This document shows positions 52,049-61,565 of a DNA stretch of 64,000 bases, in pieces. The number at the start of each line of letters is the position of its first letter. Position 1 is the first letter of the stretch. The position numbers and the translations under genes were made by a program. This DNA comes from Bythopirellula sp. (GTDB lineage: Bacteria > Planctomycetota > Planctomycetia > Pirellulales > Lacipirellulaceae). The notes under the pieces were generated by a model that saw only the letters and a list, made by a program, of their open reading frames with translations, did not search any database and was not told the origin of the DNA. The stretch is taken from positions 2,304,001-2,368,000 of the forward strand of contig OZ244170.1 of NCBI GenBank assembly GCA_965216565.1, given 5' to 3'.

Positions 52049-53560
52049 ATGAATCACACCCTGTTAACTGGTGCTACGGGCCTTCTCGGGAGATACCTGC
52101 TGCGCGATCTGCTGCTGCGAGATCATCCGATAGCAGTCGTAGTTCGTCCAACCAAGTACGAGAGTGCCGCCCAGAGAATCGACAATCTACTAGCTCACTG
52201 GGAGGATCAATGGCAACGTTGGTTGCCTCGACCGGTGATTCTTGCCGGGGACATCAACCAACCAGGCTTGGGTCTAGATGCTTCGCAGAGAAGGTGGGTG
52301 CAAGACAACTGCCGTCGCGTGTTACATAGTGCCGCCAGCCTGGCCTTTCAGCAGGAAGGCGATGAACCATGGCGCACCAACGTTGATGGATTGAGAAATC
52401 TCCTCGGCTTCTGCGAAGAGAATTCACTGCGAGACTTTCTTCACATCTCGTCTTGCTATGTGTGTGGATTGAGAGAGGGGAGCGTTCGTGAAGAGGAGTT
52501 AGACGTCGGGCAAGCTTTCGGGAATATTTACGAAGAATCGAAAGTCGCAGGCGAGAAACTAGTCCGTGCCGCAAGTCACCTTGATTCCTTCACTATCTTC
52601 AGACCATCGATTATTGTGGGTGACACCGAGACTGGATTCTCTACAACCTTTCATGGGTTCTACACACCACTGAGGCTCTTGAGTGCGCTCGCCAATTACG
52701 TGCCGCATGAGCTACTGTTTTCTGTGAACCACATGGAAAATCTGGGGCTGGAAGGGCACGAGGGTAAGAACTTTATCCCAGTTCAATGGCTCAGCGACGC
52801 GATGGTTGCTTTGATGGAGCGGAGGGAAAGCTGCGGCCAGACCTACGCACTTGCCGCGGAACAGCCAGTGCGGGTAGACCACTTAACCGAAGTCTTCAAC
52901 AAAGCAATCAAACAGTATCAGTCTCCTAAGGACTTGCCAGTCGCCGCAAGCCAGGAGCTGAACCTCGATTCCCCCGAAATCCAAGCCAGCCTGAACACTT
53001 ACCTGGAGAGTTTTGCCGTCTATCAAAGCTACTGGCGAGACGACCCCGTGTTCGACATGCGTAACACGCTGGAGGTTATCCCCGATAAAAGGCCTCCTAA
53101 ACTCAATGATGCCCATCTACTCAAGTTATGCGAGTACGCTATCCACAACAACTTTGCCTGGAAGCCGTTTCGCCAGAAACTACAACAAACTACTGCGAGG
53201 GATTTCTTCTTGCAGTGGGAGAATCAGTCGGCCATCCAGACCTCGAATGGGAGTCACATTGGCAACGATTCTCCGCTGGCTGCAACCAACGGAGCGAATG
53301 GCACAACTTTAGAAGTTGTCGTTACTGGCCCCGGAGGAGGATGCTGGACCATCTGCGACAATGGAATAAAGACACACTGCCAACCCGGAAAGCAGGGGCA
53401 ATCGGCTATGGTTCGGCTCAATAGCAAATCGTTCCATGAATTGACCGCAGGAACTATAACTCTAGAGGATTCGATAGCGGCCGGGCAACTTTTCTATACC
53501 GGCGGGCCGAAAGAGATTGAGATCTTGCGAAATGCTCTCAGTCAATCTGCCAAGACGTAG
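52049..53560 (+). CDS. Thioester/fatty-acyl reductase (NAD_binding_4 extended SDR) with C-terminal SCP2-like domain
   Basis: TGATGLLG, HSAA, YEESK and RPSIIVG; C-terminal GPGGGCWTI...AGQLFYTG resembles SCP2. Confidence 0.82.
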   Translation: MNHTLLTGATGLLGRYLLRDLLLRDHPIAVVVRPTKYESAAQRIDNLLAHWEDQWQRWLPRPVILAGDINQPGLGLDASQRRWVQDNCRRVLHSAASLAFQQEGDEPWRTNVDGLRNLLGFCEENSLRDFLHISSCYVCGLREGSVREEELDVGQAFGNIYEESKVAGEKLVRAASHLDSFTIFRPSIIVGDTETGFSTTFHGFYTPLRLLSALANYVPHELLFSVNHMENLGLEGHEGKNFIPVQWLSDAMVALMERRESCGQTYALAAEQPVRVDHLTEVFNKAIKQYQSPKDLPVAASQELNLDSPEIQASLNTYLESFAVYQSYWRDDPVFDMRNTLEVIPDKRPPKLNDAHLLKLCEYAIHNNFAWKPFRQKLQQTTARDFFLQWENQSAIQTSNGSHIGNDSPLAATNGANGTTLEVVVTGPGGGCWTICDNGIKTHCQPGKQGQSAMVRLNSKSFHELTAGTITLEDSIAAGQLFYTGGPKEIEILRNALSQSAKT

Positions 53561-53565
53561 TTTAA

Positions 53566-54033
53566 TTACCTAGGCGCTGGGGCCGCCTGGTAGTCCGGCG
53601 AGAGTGCCACCAAGGTATCGACGATTCCAGTTTGCACGACCTCGTCTCTTTGATTGTGCAATGTTCTTCGCCAAGTAACCTGTCCGCGTCGGTTTATATT
53701 CGGACGTTTTTCAAGGACCTCTGCGGTGCTATAGACTGTGTCGCCAAAGTAGATGGGTTTGAGAAATTGCCACTCTTTTATTGTGATGAAGGCGACGGTA
53801 TGAACTGCAGGAGCATCGATGTTAAGCCCTGCCATGTACGAGATTCCCAGCAATCCATGCGCGACGCGCTGACCAAAAGGTCCCTTGCTGGCATACTCGG
53901 CATCCATGTGCAATGGATCGAAGTCTCCCGTTAAGGTTGCGAAATTCAGCACATCTGCCTCTGTAATCGTGCGACCCCGCGAACGCCAGCTTGCGCCGAT
54001 GTTGAGTTGATCGAAATAAAGTGGCTCACTCAC
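53566..54033 (-). CDS. MaoC-family dehydratase
   Basis: RTITEADV..FATLTGDFDPLHMD..AHGLL..PIYFGDT. Confidence 0.92.
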   Translation of the reverse strand: MSEPLYFDQLNIGASWRSRGRTITEADVLNFATLTGDFDPLHMDAEYASKGPFGQRVAHGLLGISYMAGLNIDAPAVHTVAFITIKEWQFLKPIYFGDTVYSTAEVLEKRPNINRRGQVTWRRTLHNQRDEVVQTGIVDTLVALSPDYQAAPAPR

Positions 54034-54303
54034 GATAATTAACTCTTTGTGCTGAATAGGGAACTGATAACTAACAATAGTCTATCTCTGATTCAGTTTA
54101 TCTGAGTGTTGGGCCGGTCTCAACAATATCCATGTCAATCTTTGCAGATGGAAAAGCCACCTAGAATACACTGCGAGAGGGAGGCCCAGCGAATGGTGAA
54201 ATTCCTGATATTTAGTATTAAATACTCCTGGATGGTCGAAATAGAGTCCGTCCAGCGTTAGGCTGAGGTGGTACAGATTCTTCTAAGCCTCATGTTACCT
54301 CAC

Positions 54304-55224
54304 ATGCTTTCAGATTTTCGCAATCGAGTCGCGGTCATCACAGGAGCTGCCAGCGGAATCGGCAAGGCATTGGCCGAGGCATTGCTGGTGGAAGGCGCCA
54401 ACGTGGTATTGGCCGATGTCGATGCTTCCGCGCTCGAGCACACTGCCAATGAGTTTCGCCACTCGGGTTACGAGCCATTAACGGTTCAAACTGACGTTTC
54501 GCAGCCCGCCCAATTGGAGCGTCTTGCAGTCCAGTCGTTCAGACAATTCGGCAAAGTAGACATTCTATGCAATAACGCAGCCGTCACTCCCGGGGGACCT
54601 TCAACGTGGGAAAATTCACTGGAAGACTGGGAGTGGGTCTTAGGGATCAACCTCATGGGGGTGGTTCATGGCATCAAGAGTTTTGTGCCGCGGATGATTA
54701 AGCAGGGAACCCCCGGGGTAGTGCTGAACACTTCGTCCATTCTCGGACTCACATTGGGTTCCACCAATGCGGCCTATCCTGTATCGAAGCATGGCGTGGT
54801 TGTGCTCTCGGAATGCTTAAGTAATGAATTTCGAAGACAGAAAGTCCCCATCTCGGTGCACGTTCTATGCCCTAGCTTCGTTGCTACTAATATTCTTAAA
54901 TCTACGAGCGAGTTGCCTTCCTCAGCAGGTGACACGAACAGAAAGCCCGTCAGCGAGCAGACCGAAACATACAACGAGTGGTTTGCCCGACAACATAACC
55001 GGGGGATGTCGCCCCAGGATGCCGCCGAATTAACGCTCGACGCGATACGAGCAGGTCGCTTTTATATCCTAACGCACCCGGCTATGAAGCGGTTGGTCGA
55101 GCATCGAATGCAAGCGATTCTCAACGATAGAGAGCCATCGGACGACGAATTCTTGAAGCAGCATGCGCTCGATCTCGGTTTCGAGTCCGCCCCACCTCCA
55201 CGGCCGGACGAGGTCATGGAATAG
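54304..55224 (+). CDS. Short-chain dehydrogenase/reductase
   Basis: TGAASGIG, NNAA and YPVSKH. Start uncertain (54268-54304). Confidence 0.92.
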   Translation: MLSDFRNRVAVITGAASGIGKALAEALLVEGANVVLADVDASALEHTANEFRHSGYEPLTVQTDVSQPAQLERLAVQSFRQFGKVDILCNNAAVTPGGPSTWENSLEDWEWVLGINLMGVVHGIKSFVPRMIKQGTPGVVLNTSSILGLTLGSTNAAYPVSKHGVVVLSECLSNEFRRQKVPISVHVLCPSFVATNILKSTSELPSSAGDTNRKPVSEQTETYNEWFARQHNRGMSPQDAAELTLDAIRAGRFYILTHPAMKRLVEHRMQAILNDREPSDDEFLKQHALDLGFESAPPPRPDEVME

Positions 55225-55409
55225 CCATGCCCTCCGACACCTAGCTGGCGATCCTGCCCATAAATCCTGCCCATAAGTCGTCTTGGTTCGGCCCTAAAAT
55301 GGCGAATCGACTCTTTGCGTATTCGTCCTTGTTTGGCAAAATAGTTGCACGACCCGTCGGTCGAGCATCATTCAGACAAACTAGAAACAATTTTGGGAAT
55401 TGAAACGAA

Positions 55410-55991
55410 ATGAGCAAGAAAAAGCAGAAGAGTGCCAAGGAAGCACTGAAGGCGCTGAAAGAAGGCAACAAGCGATTTGCTAGCGACAAGCCCATTTACG
55501 ATCGTCACGACGCAGATGCACGTGCAGAGCTCGTCGATGGACAGCATCCATTCGCAATTGTCTTGAGTTGTGCCGATAGTCGGGTGATTCCGGAACTAGT
55601 TTTCGACGCCGGCCTCAGCGATCTTTTCGTGGTGCGTGTGGCTGGAAATGTTGCCAATACAAGCACAATCGCAAGCATCGAATACGCCGTAGCGAACCTC
55701 GATGTCCGTCTGGTGGTTGTATTGGGTCACGAAAATTGCGGTGCTGTGAGTGCCGCACTAGCTGGTGGCGAACATGGCCACAATCTCAATGTGCTGCTTG
55801 CGCATTTAAAACCGGCTGTTCCTAAATCAACTGCGAAGATTACAGGTACGACATTAAAAAACGCCGTTAAGAAAAACGCAAAGCTAACGGCGAAAACACT
55901 CCGCGAGCGATCGACCATCCTCGATAATAAGAGACTGGAGATCGTACCCGCCTATTACAACCTAGCTTCGGGTAAGGTTGATTTCCTATAA
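55410..55991 (+). CDS. Beta-class carbonic anhydrase
   Basis: CADSR, RVAGN, EYAV and HENCGA zinc ligands. Confidence 0.95.
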   Translation: MSKKKQKSAKEALKALKEGNKRFASDKPIYDRHDADARAELVDGQHPFAIVLSCADSRVIPELVFDAGLSDLFVVRVAGNVANTSTIASIEYAVANLDVRLVVVLGHENCGAVSAALAGGEHGHNLNVLLAHLKPAVPKSTAKITGTTLKNAVKKNAKLTAKTLRERSTILDNKRLEIVPAYYNLASGKVDFL

Positions 55992-56015
55992 ATCGGTTGG
56001 TGTCCGATAAAAATG

Positions 56016-56086
56016 ACGGGTGGCTGGCAGCCGACCTTCCAGGTGAAGGTCTCGTAAGGCACCGGTACAACTGCCGAGCCACCCGT
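56016..56086. repeat. Inverted repeat between convergent genes (REP-like/bidirectional terminator)
   Basis: ACGGGTGGCTGGCAG (56016-56030) versus CTGCCGAGCCACCCGT (56071-56086). Confidence 0.55.
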
Positions 56087-56099
56087 GCTACCCCTTCCG

Positions 56100-57935
56100 T
56101 CACCCGATCCGCACTGTACGTCGACGTATGCCCCACACGCATACGATCAGCAGCATCAGTAGTATCCAAGCTTGCGGTTCAGGGATCGCTATAAACGCAT
56201 TCGCTTGCATCACAGCGATGGAGGTATTTTGCAGAATGACATCGGATAAACGGGTGCTACTAATGTCTGGGTACAGATCCAGTAGCATCGAGTCGTTCAA
56301 GTAAAAGAACCGATCGCCATCGCGGGTGCGAGTGAACTGGTCGGCGATAATGACTTGCAAGAGCTCGCCAACCAGTCCATCTCCCACCGCGTCCTCGGCA
56401 ATTGCCCCTAACCAAAGATCGACATCTTCAATCGAGTCGTATTGGTCTGCCAAGGCAGCTGCAACCTGGGGATCGCTGGTAATCTCAGAGAAATCTGTTC
56501 GTGGCGTTAGCCCCAAGCCACGACGGGCATCGTTATAGCTTGGCAAACCGTGATCTCGGCCACGTTGGATGTTGACCGCCGGTAAGTCCAAACCGCCATT
56601 GGCCTCGGCAAACAGGAAGTTTCGCACCTCGTCGATCACTTTGGCATCGACATCCTGCGCCTGCTGCATCGAAAGGCCCTTGAGCAGCAGTTCGACTCCG
56701 TTATTTTGAGCGAAGTTGGGATCGAAAAAGGCATCCCGAAGTGCAATCGAACCTTGCGAGACACCTGCTCCATCGACCATTCGAATTTCTGGAGAAAGGA
56801 GCGTATGACCCACTCGATATGCCGCATTGGCAAATTCGTTGCTCAGCGCGGCATTGAGATTAGGGTCGTACCCGGAATACGAGGGCAGTGCCCCATTGCC
56901 CAACAACATCGGCAGGAATTCGTTGTAGGTGATGACCTGAATTTTCGCCCCCACTGCCTTGCGAGCTGTTTGATAGACAAACTCATCCACATCGGCAGCC
57001 ACGTTGGGATCGAACCCGTTCAAATCCATTAGCTGCTGAAAATCACTTCTCACAACGAGTTCTCCAGCCATTCGATTGTGTTCGCGAACAAACAGCGTAT
57101 GAACAGCCGTGAGACCCACCTGTTCGTTCGCTCGCACATCACCGGCAAGAAACAATTCTTCGGCCGCAGGTGGCGTAGCAGCAGTAGTAACGGGAGGGTT
57201 CGCATTCGGAAACGGATCCACTGCCCGATTGAATGGAAGCAGCACTTCTCCGTTGGCGGCTATGGTTGTTTTCAGCAATCCGCCTGACCCTGTCCGCAAG
57301 AAGTCGGCCCGCGCTTGGTCGGAGCCATAGACATTTGAACCATCGATATACGCAGTGAGTGCGTTGACCTGCTCGCGCGGATTAAGCGTTCCCACGCCTG
57401 TGCCGTCAGCAGGGTCATTTCGCCGGAACGGTATAAACGGGAAGCCCGGGTTGAATAGCGAATCATTGGGATCCGTAACCGGTATAAGCATGGGCGTACT
57501 TGAAGGTGTCGGTTCCTCCAAGGAGAAATCATGATCGATAAATTGCCCCCATTGCCAAAGCCAGTCGCTGGCTCCTTTGGGGTTAAGAATCGATTGTTCT
57601 TGCGAAACGACCGCATTGCTGATTGCCCGGGGATTGGGCAGCACAGAAGTGCCAACACCGCTGGGGGTATTCGGATCGCTCATCCCGCGCGGTGAGTCAA
57701 TTCCATCAAAATATGCTGGTGCCAATGCGCTATAGTCGAACCCTGGGAGAGGATTGGCTATCACATCGCGGATTCGCACGAGTGGAGTGTCGGCCCGCCC
57801 CTGGGTTACATTGATTTGATTGTTGTTCGAGCCGTCGATCGTGCGAAACTCGAGTGCGAAGAGACAAGATGTACTGGCGATTGTCAACAAAGCGGATATT
57901 AACGATATTTGGAGCCTTCTTCTCATAGTTAGCAT
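56100..57935 (-). CDS. Animal-type (peroxidase-cyclooxygenase superfamily) heme peroxidase with PEP-CTERM anchor
   Basis: RTIDGSNNN, WGQFIDHD, GDVRANE, YRVGH, NIQRGRDHG and GDRFF; C-terminal IPEP plus TM plus RRR. Confidence 0.92.
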   Translation of the reverse strand: MLTMRRRLQISLISALLTIASTSCLFALEFRTIDGSNNNQINVTQGRADTPLVRIRDVIANPLPGFDYSALAPAYFDGIDSPRGMSDPNTPSGVGTSVLPNPRAISNAVVSQEQSILNPKGASDWLWQWGQFIDHDFSLEEPTPSSTPMLIPVTDPNDSLFNPGFPFIPFRRNDPADGTGVGTLNPREQVNALTAYIDGSNVYGSDQARADFLRTGSGGLLKTTIAANGEVLLPFNRAVDPFPNANPPVTTAATPPAAEELFLAGDVRANEQVGLTAVHTLFVREHNRMAGELVVRSDFQQLMDLNGFDPNVAADVDEFVYQTARKAVGAKIQVITYNEFLPMLLGNGALPSYSGYDPNLNAALSNEFANAAYRVGHTLLSPEIRMVDGAGVSQGSIALRDAFFDPNFAQNNGVELLLKGLSMQQAQDVDAKVIDEVRNFLFAEANGGLDLPAVNIQRGRDHGLPSYNDARRGLGLTPRTDFSEITSDPQVAAALADQYDSIEDVDLWLGAIAEDAVGDGLVGELLQVIIADQFTRTRDGDRFFYLNDSMLLDLYPDISSTRLSDVILQNTSIAVMQANAFIAIPEPQAWILLMLLIVCVWGIRRRTVRIG

Positions 57936-58032
57936 TACCTCTTAGCTGTAGTAAAGTCGGTGCACCCCGTTTCGAAGGTGCGTTGTCGATAACGATCGAG
58001 TCCAGAGAAATAAATCACTTGGTTCGGATTCG

Positions 58033-58713
58033 TTAGCGTCGACCTCGGTAAGCTGCGATAACGCAACCCAACACAAAGAGGCAAGAAGTACTAGGCTCCG
58101 GTACAGAATGTACGGTTGCCGTTAAGGAAGTTCCTGAGGATTGCACCTGCCAGAGTAGAAAATCGATTCCATCAACGACACCATCAAGATTGGCATCTCC
58201 ATCGCTATGCGCCGCGCTGGTATTGGTGCCGTAGCCACCTTCCCAGATAGCCAGGTCGGCTGATCCAACTTGCCCGTTGGCACTAAAATCGCCAGGGGCC
58301 AAGATGCTAAAACTGGAGTCGCTTTCGTCGAAGTAATCGATGTCTTGGTCGTTGTCCTGACTGACCTGAATCCAGGCAGACGTATCAAAATCATCAGGGA
58401 CAAGCCAGTCGAAGAAGTGGGGAATTCCCACAGCGGGATCTCCCAAGGGCAAGTTCAACGATATCTCGGTCCAAGGTCCCGACGAGCTATCCGTGGAGTA
58501 CCACAGATCCCAGTCGACGGTGTCGTGTTGCACCTCCGCATGCCATTCGATTGTAACTGTGGAACCAGCGACGAAGGATTCACCCCCGTTAGGCGAATCG
58601 AGCCCGACGTGGGCCTCCAGATTGGCAGAAAAACATACAAATAGCACAGCGCAACTAGACGTTCGGCGCATACTCTTGCCCAGAGTAAACAACATCCTCT
58701 TCTCCTTTCTCAT
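58033..58713 (-). CDS. PEP-CTERM surface protein (SPNGGE Ig-like domain plus dockerin-like repeat)
   Basis: Signal peptide, SPNGGE, GDANLDGVVDGIDFLLWQ and VPEP-TM-RGRR. Confidence 0.82.
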   Translation of the reverse strand: MRKEKRMLFTLGKSMRRTSSCAVLFVCFSANLEAHVGLDSPNGGESFVAGSTVTIEWHAEVQHDTVDWDLWYSTDSSSGPWTEISLNLPLGDPAVGIPHFFDWLVPDDFDTSAWIQVSQDNDQDIDYFDESDSSFSILAPGDFSANGQVGSADLAIWEGGYGTNTSAAHSDGDANLDGVVDGIDFLLWQVQSSGTSLTATVHSVPEPSTSCLFVLGCVIAAYRGRR

Positions 58714-59013
58714 TGCGAAAATGAGACGGAGGGCGCATTCCTATATTGCACGACAAGCGTGCGCTACCGAATTGGAATTACCCCCAGTAACCCGTTTCCG
58801 TGGTAACGCAGAAGTTCCGTTCCTAGAAATTCTGTTCCGACGTTGAGAAGGTGCCTCAAGAAACTCACCCGCGGCGAGCTACTATTCGCAACGTTGGCGC
58901 GAATATGACAAATGGAAGGTGGCTTGTAAATCCCCTATTTCGGGGGTATTGTTTTCCAAGTTCACGTTGTGAATTCTCACGATTCAGTCATTTCATTCAT
59001 CGGCACGTGTGCA

Positions 59014-59985
59014 CTAGCAGTCGTCCGATAGAAACAATCCTAGGACGCCAATACCGTAGAAGGAATACTCGACATCAACGACATCATCCCAGGCAGCGGC
59101 TCGAAAACCGCCGGATTCTTCCTGTAATGATGTTGCGTATGACAGACATTTCTTCCTATCGAATGCTGTTATTACATCCAAATCTGCTGCGGTGTGAAGT
59201 CCCGTAAATGTGCTCAGCAAATCGGCAATCGGTATCTGCGTGTTGGCACGCAGCCCGCCTTCGTCGGTAACCGAATTGAATAGGAATTCGGCAACGGAAT
59301 TCTTGAGATCCTCGTCAACGTGGTGCTGTCCTAGCACTCGTAGCGTACCAATAGCTGCAGCTGTCGGATTGGTTCCGCTGCGACGCATCACCCTAATTTC
59401 GACAAATCCGCCATCGTCACGATGTTGGTTGAGAACGAACTCGCAAGCTCGCTCAGGATCTGGCAATGGGCGATCCATAAGCTGATACGTCAAGGCAATC
59501 AGGAACGTTTGATAAGTGCTACTAGCCTGACCCTCAAACGTCTTCGCGTATCCACCATCCTCGCGCCGCAGACTTTCGAATGTGTCGGCTAGCTTCTCCG
59601 ACCACTCTGGGGATAGTTCACCGAGAACTTCGATCCCAGAACTCGATTCCAGCAACCTTGCTGCAAACACTAGCGACATCAGGTCGATTAAGGTCGTTTC
59701 GCCCTGAAGCTGCTGCCGCAGGAAATCTGCAACGCGATTGGCGACACGGTCGTCCAATTCTCCCAGTAGAACTAATCCACGCAGCGCGAAAGCGGTGTAG
59801 TACAAATCGCTTCGAACATCCCTGCCACAAAAACCACCATCCTGAGTTTGAAAAGAAGCAATCCGTTGTGCATGAAGCTTGCGGTCACTCTCAGGAATAC
59901 GTGCGACTCCCTCTGCCAATCGCATTGTCAATTCGACGAGATAAGGAAGATTTGCGTCGATTGTATACCCCGCACACCAACTCAA
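59014..59985 (-). CDS. Prenyltransferase/squalene-cyclase repeat protein (GGTase-beta-like); start uncertain
   Basis: Repeated QxxDGGF-like motifs (QTQDGGF, EDGGY, DDGGF, ESGGF), DLYYT and DVEYSFY. Confidence 0.82.
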   Translation of the reverse strand: MSWCAGYTIDANLPYLVELTMRLAEGVARIPESDRKLHAQRIASFQTQDGGFCGRDVRSDLYYTAFALRGLVLLGELDDRVANRVADFLRQQLQGETTLIDLMSLVFAARLLESSSGIEVLGELSPEWSEKLADTFESLRREDGGYAKTFEGQASSTYQTFLIALTYQLMDRPLPDPERACEFVLNQHRDDGGFVEIRVMRRSGTNPTAAAIGTLRVLGQHHVDEDLKNSVAEFLFNSVTDEGGLRANTQIPIADLLSTFTGLHTAADLDVITAFDRKKCLSYATSLQEESGGFRAAAWDDVVDVEYSFYGIGVLGLFLSDDC

Positions 59986-59989
59986 GTAG

Positions 59990-60412
59990 CTACTCGGTCA
60001 CATACTTTCGGAGTTCATTGGCTAGCTCCGCTGGTATCGGTACAGACGCTAATGGCTGATCTGGGTCAATACGGCAACAGACACTCGTCATTTGTCCCTC
60101 CGCCACTTCACGTCCCTGATGCGTAAAGTTGAATCGGTAAGAGATGCTCTTTGTTCCCAGTCGCGTAATTCGGATTGAAATCTCTAGCAACTCCTCACAA
60201 CGGGCCGGAGACTTGAAGTCGCAAGAGACAGCGACCCGCGGGAAACTCAACGTTTGACCTTCGAACGTGGAGTAGATGCTAAAGCCCGTAGAACGTAGCA
60301 ATTCGTGCTCGGCCGATTCCATGTAATGGAAGAACGAGGCAAAGTGCATGATGCCCGCCATATCCGTGTCGTGAAATTCGACGAGTCGCGTCGTACGGAA
60401 TGGTTCGGCCAT
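59990..60412 (-). CDS. Acyl-CoA thioesterase (4HBT/YbgC hot-dog family)
   Basis: VEFHDTDMAGIMHF..YMESAE. Confidence 0.9.
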   Translation of the reverse strand: MAEPFRTTRLVEFHDTDMAGIMHFASFFHYMESAEHELLRSTGFSIYSTFEGQTLSFPRVAVSCDFKSPARCEELLEISIRITRLGTKSISYRFNFTHQGREVAEGQMTSVCCRIDPDQPLASVPIPAELANELRKYVTE

Positions 60413-60469
60413 CGTAAAGACCGGAGGGCAGGGGAGAGGCAGCGAGGACAAAGACTCTTGGCAATAAGC

Positions 60470-60712
60470 CTAGCTTCCAGAGTAAGGAAGCAACGCCATG
60501 AATCGTGCGCGTTTGATCGCCTTGGATACCGCATGCTGGCTAGCAGCCTGGCAACCTGTCTTACGACGACTGACGATACGACCGTGGCGATTGGTAAGCT
60601 TGCTCAGCAAGTCTAAATCTTTGTAATCAACATACATTGGGCGTGGACGGACACCATCGACGCACACGGGATCTTTTTTAACAGCTTTTGGAGCGGACTT
60701 TCTCTTGGGCAT
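60470..60712 (-). CDS. rpsR: 30S ribosomal protein S18
   Basis: VDYKD..LL..GRIVSRRKTG..Q..AIKRARFMALLPY. Confidence 0.96.
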   Translation of the reverse strand: MPKRKSAPKAVKKDPVCVDGVRPRPMYVDYKDLDLLSKLTNRHGRIVSRRKTGCQAASQHAVSKAIKRARFMALLPYSGS

Positions 60713-60932
60713 TTTCTGTTCTTACTCTCGAATTAAGGAGCTTTTCGATGTGACACTGGGGAGTGTGGCCTGCTGGGTACTTTCGCCGAATCGCTTATTT
60801 TAACAGATTCGGCGGTCGCCACAAGGTGCTATAGGCTCTATGTTTACGCAGTTTTCCTTAGCTTTTTCGCTATTCAGCCTCTTTGTGCGGGAGTCTTGGT
60901 GTGTGCGTTTTGCTTACGTTTTCGAGTCTTGC

Positions 60933-61565
60933 CTACGCCTGCTCTTCTTTTCTTCGTAACACGCCGGCAGTGATGGCAAAACGAACTAGCTCGGCAAGGG
61001 AGTCAGCCCCCATTTTCTGGAAAATCTTTTGACGATGGTTTTCGACGGTCCGAATACTGACATCTAGCTTTCGAGCTACTACTTTATTGGCGTCGCCCGC
61101 CACAATGAATTCCAAAACTTGGCGTTCCTTGGGCGTAAGCGTTTCGAGTCGTTGCATGATCGAGCCACGATGCTGCTCCATCTCCCAGTTTTTCACATCA
61201 TTGGCCAGGCCAGTCCGGATGGCGTCCCATAGTTCGTCGTCGTCACATGGTTTTTCCATGAGTGTCAGCGCACCGTTTCGCATGGCTCGCACTGTAGTGG
61301 GTGTCGTGGCGAAAGCGGTCAGTACGACTACTGATATTGTGACGCCTCGATCTGAAAGTTGTTCCTGCAACTCAAGCCCACTCATCCCGAGCATACGGAC
61401 ATCAGTTACCAAGCAAGCGGGTCGATGACCTTCGTAGGCTTCGAGAAACTCTTCCGCTGAGGCAAAGCCTTCACTCGGGACACCCATAGCACTAACCAGT
61501 GCCATTACCGCCTTGCGAACTTGCTGATCGTCGTCAACGACATAGACAATTGCATTCTCGATCAT
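60933..61565 (-). CDS. FixJ/LuxR-family response regulator
   Basis: VVDDD, DVRM and KP receiver motifs; LTPKERQV..SIRTVENHR HTH. Confidence 0.94.
   Translation of the reverse strand: MIENAIVYVVDDDQQVRKAVMALVSAMGVPSEGFASAEEFLEAYEGHRPACLVTDVRMLGMSGLELQEQLSDRGVTISVVVLTAFATTPTTVRAMRNGALTLMEKPCDDDELWDAIRTGLANDVKNWEMEQHRGSIMQRLETLTPKERQVLEFIVAGDANKVVARKLDVSIRTVENHRQKIFQKMGADSLAELVRFAITAGVLRRKEEQA

Noticed and set aside
60470..60712. rpsR outside an rpsF-ssb-rpsR-rplI operon and lacking a full zinc-binding Cys motif
   Set aside because: Standalone and zinc-free S18 genes are common, and I could not see a convincing Zur box or evidence of paralogy.
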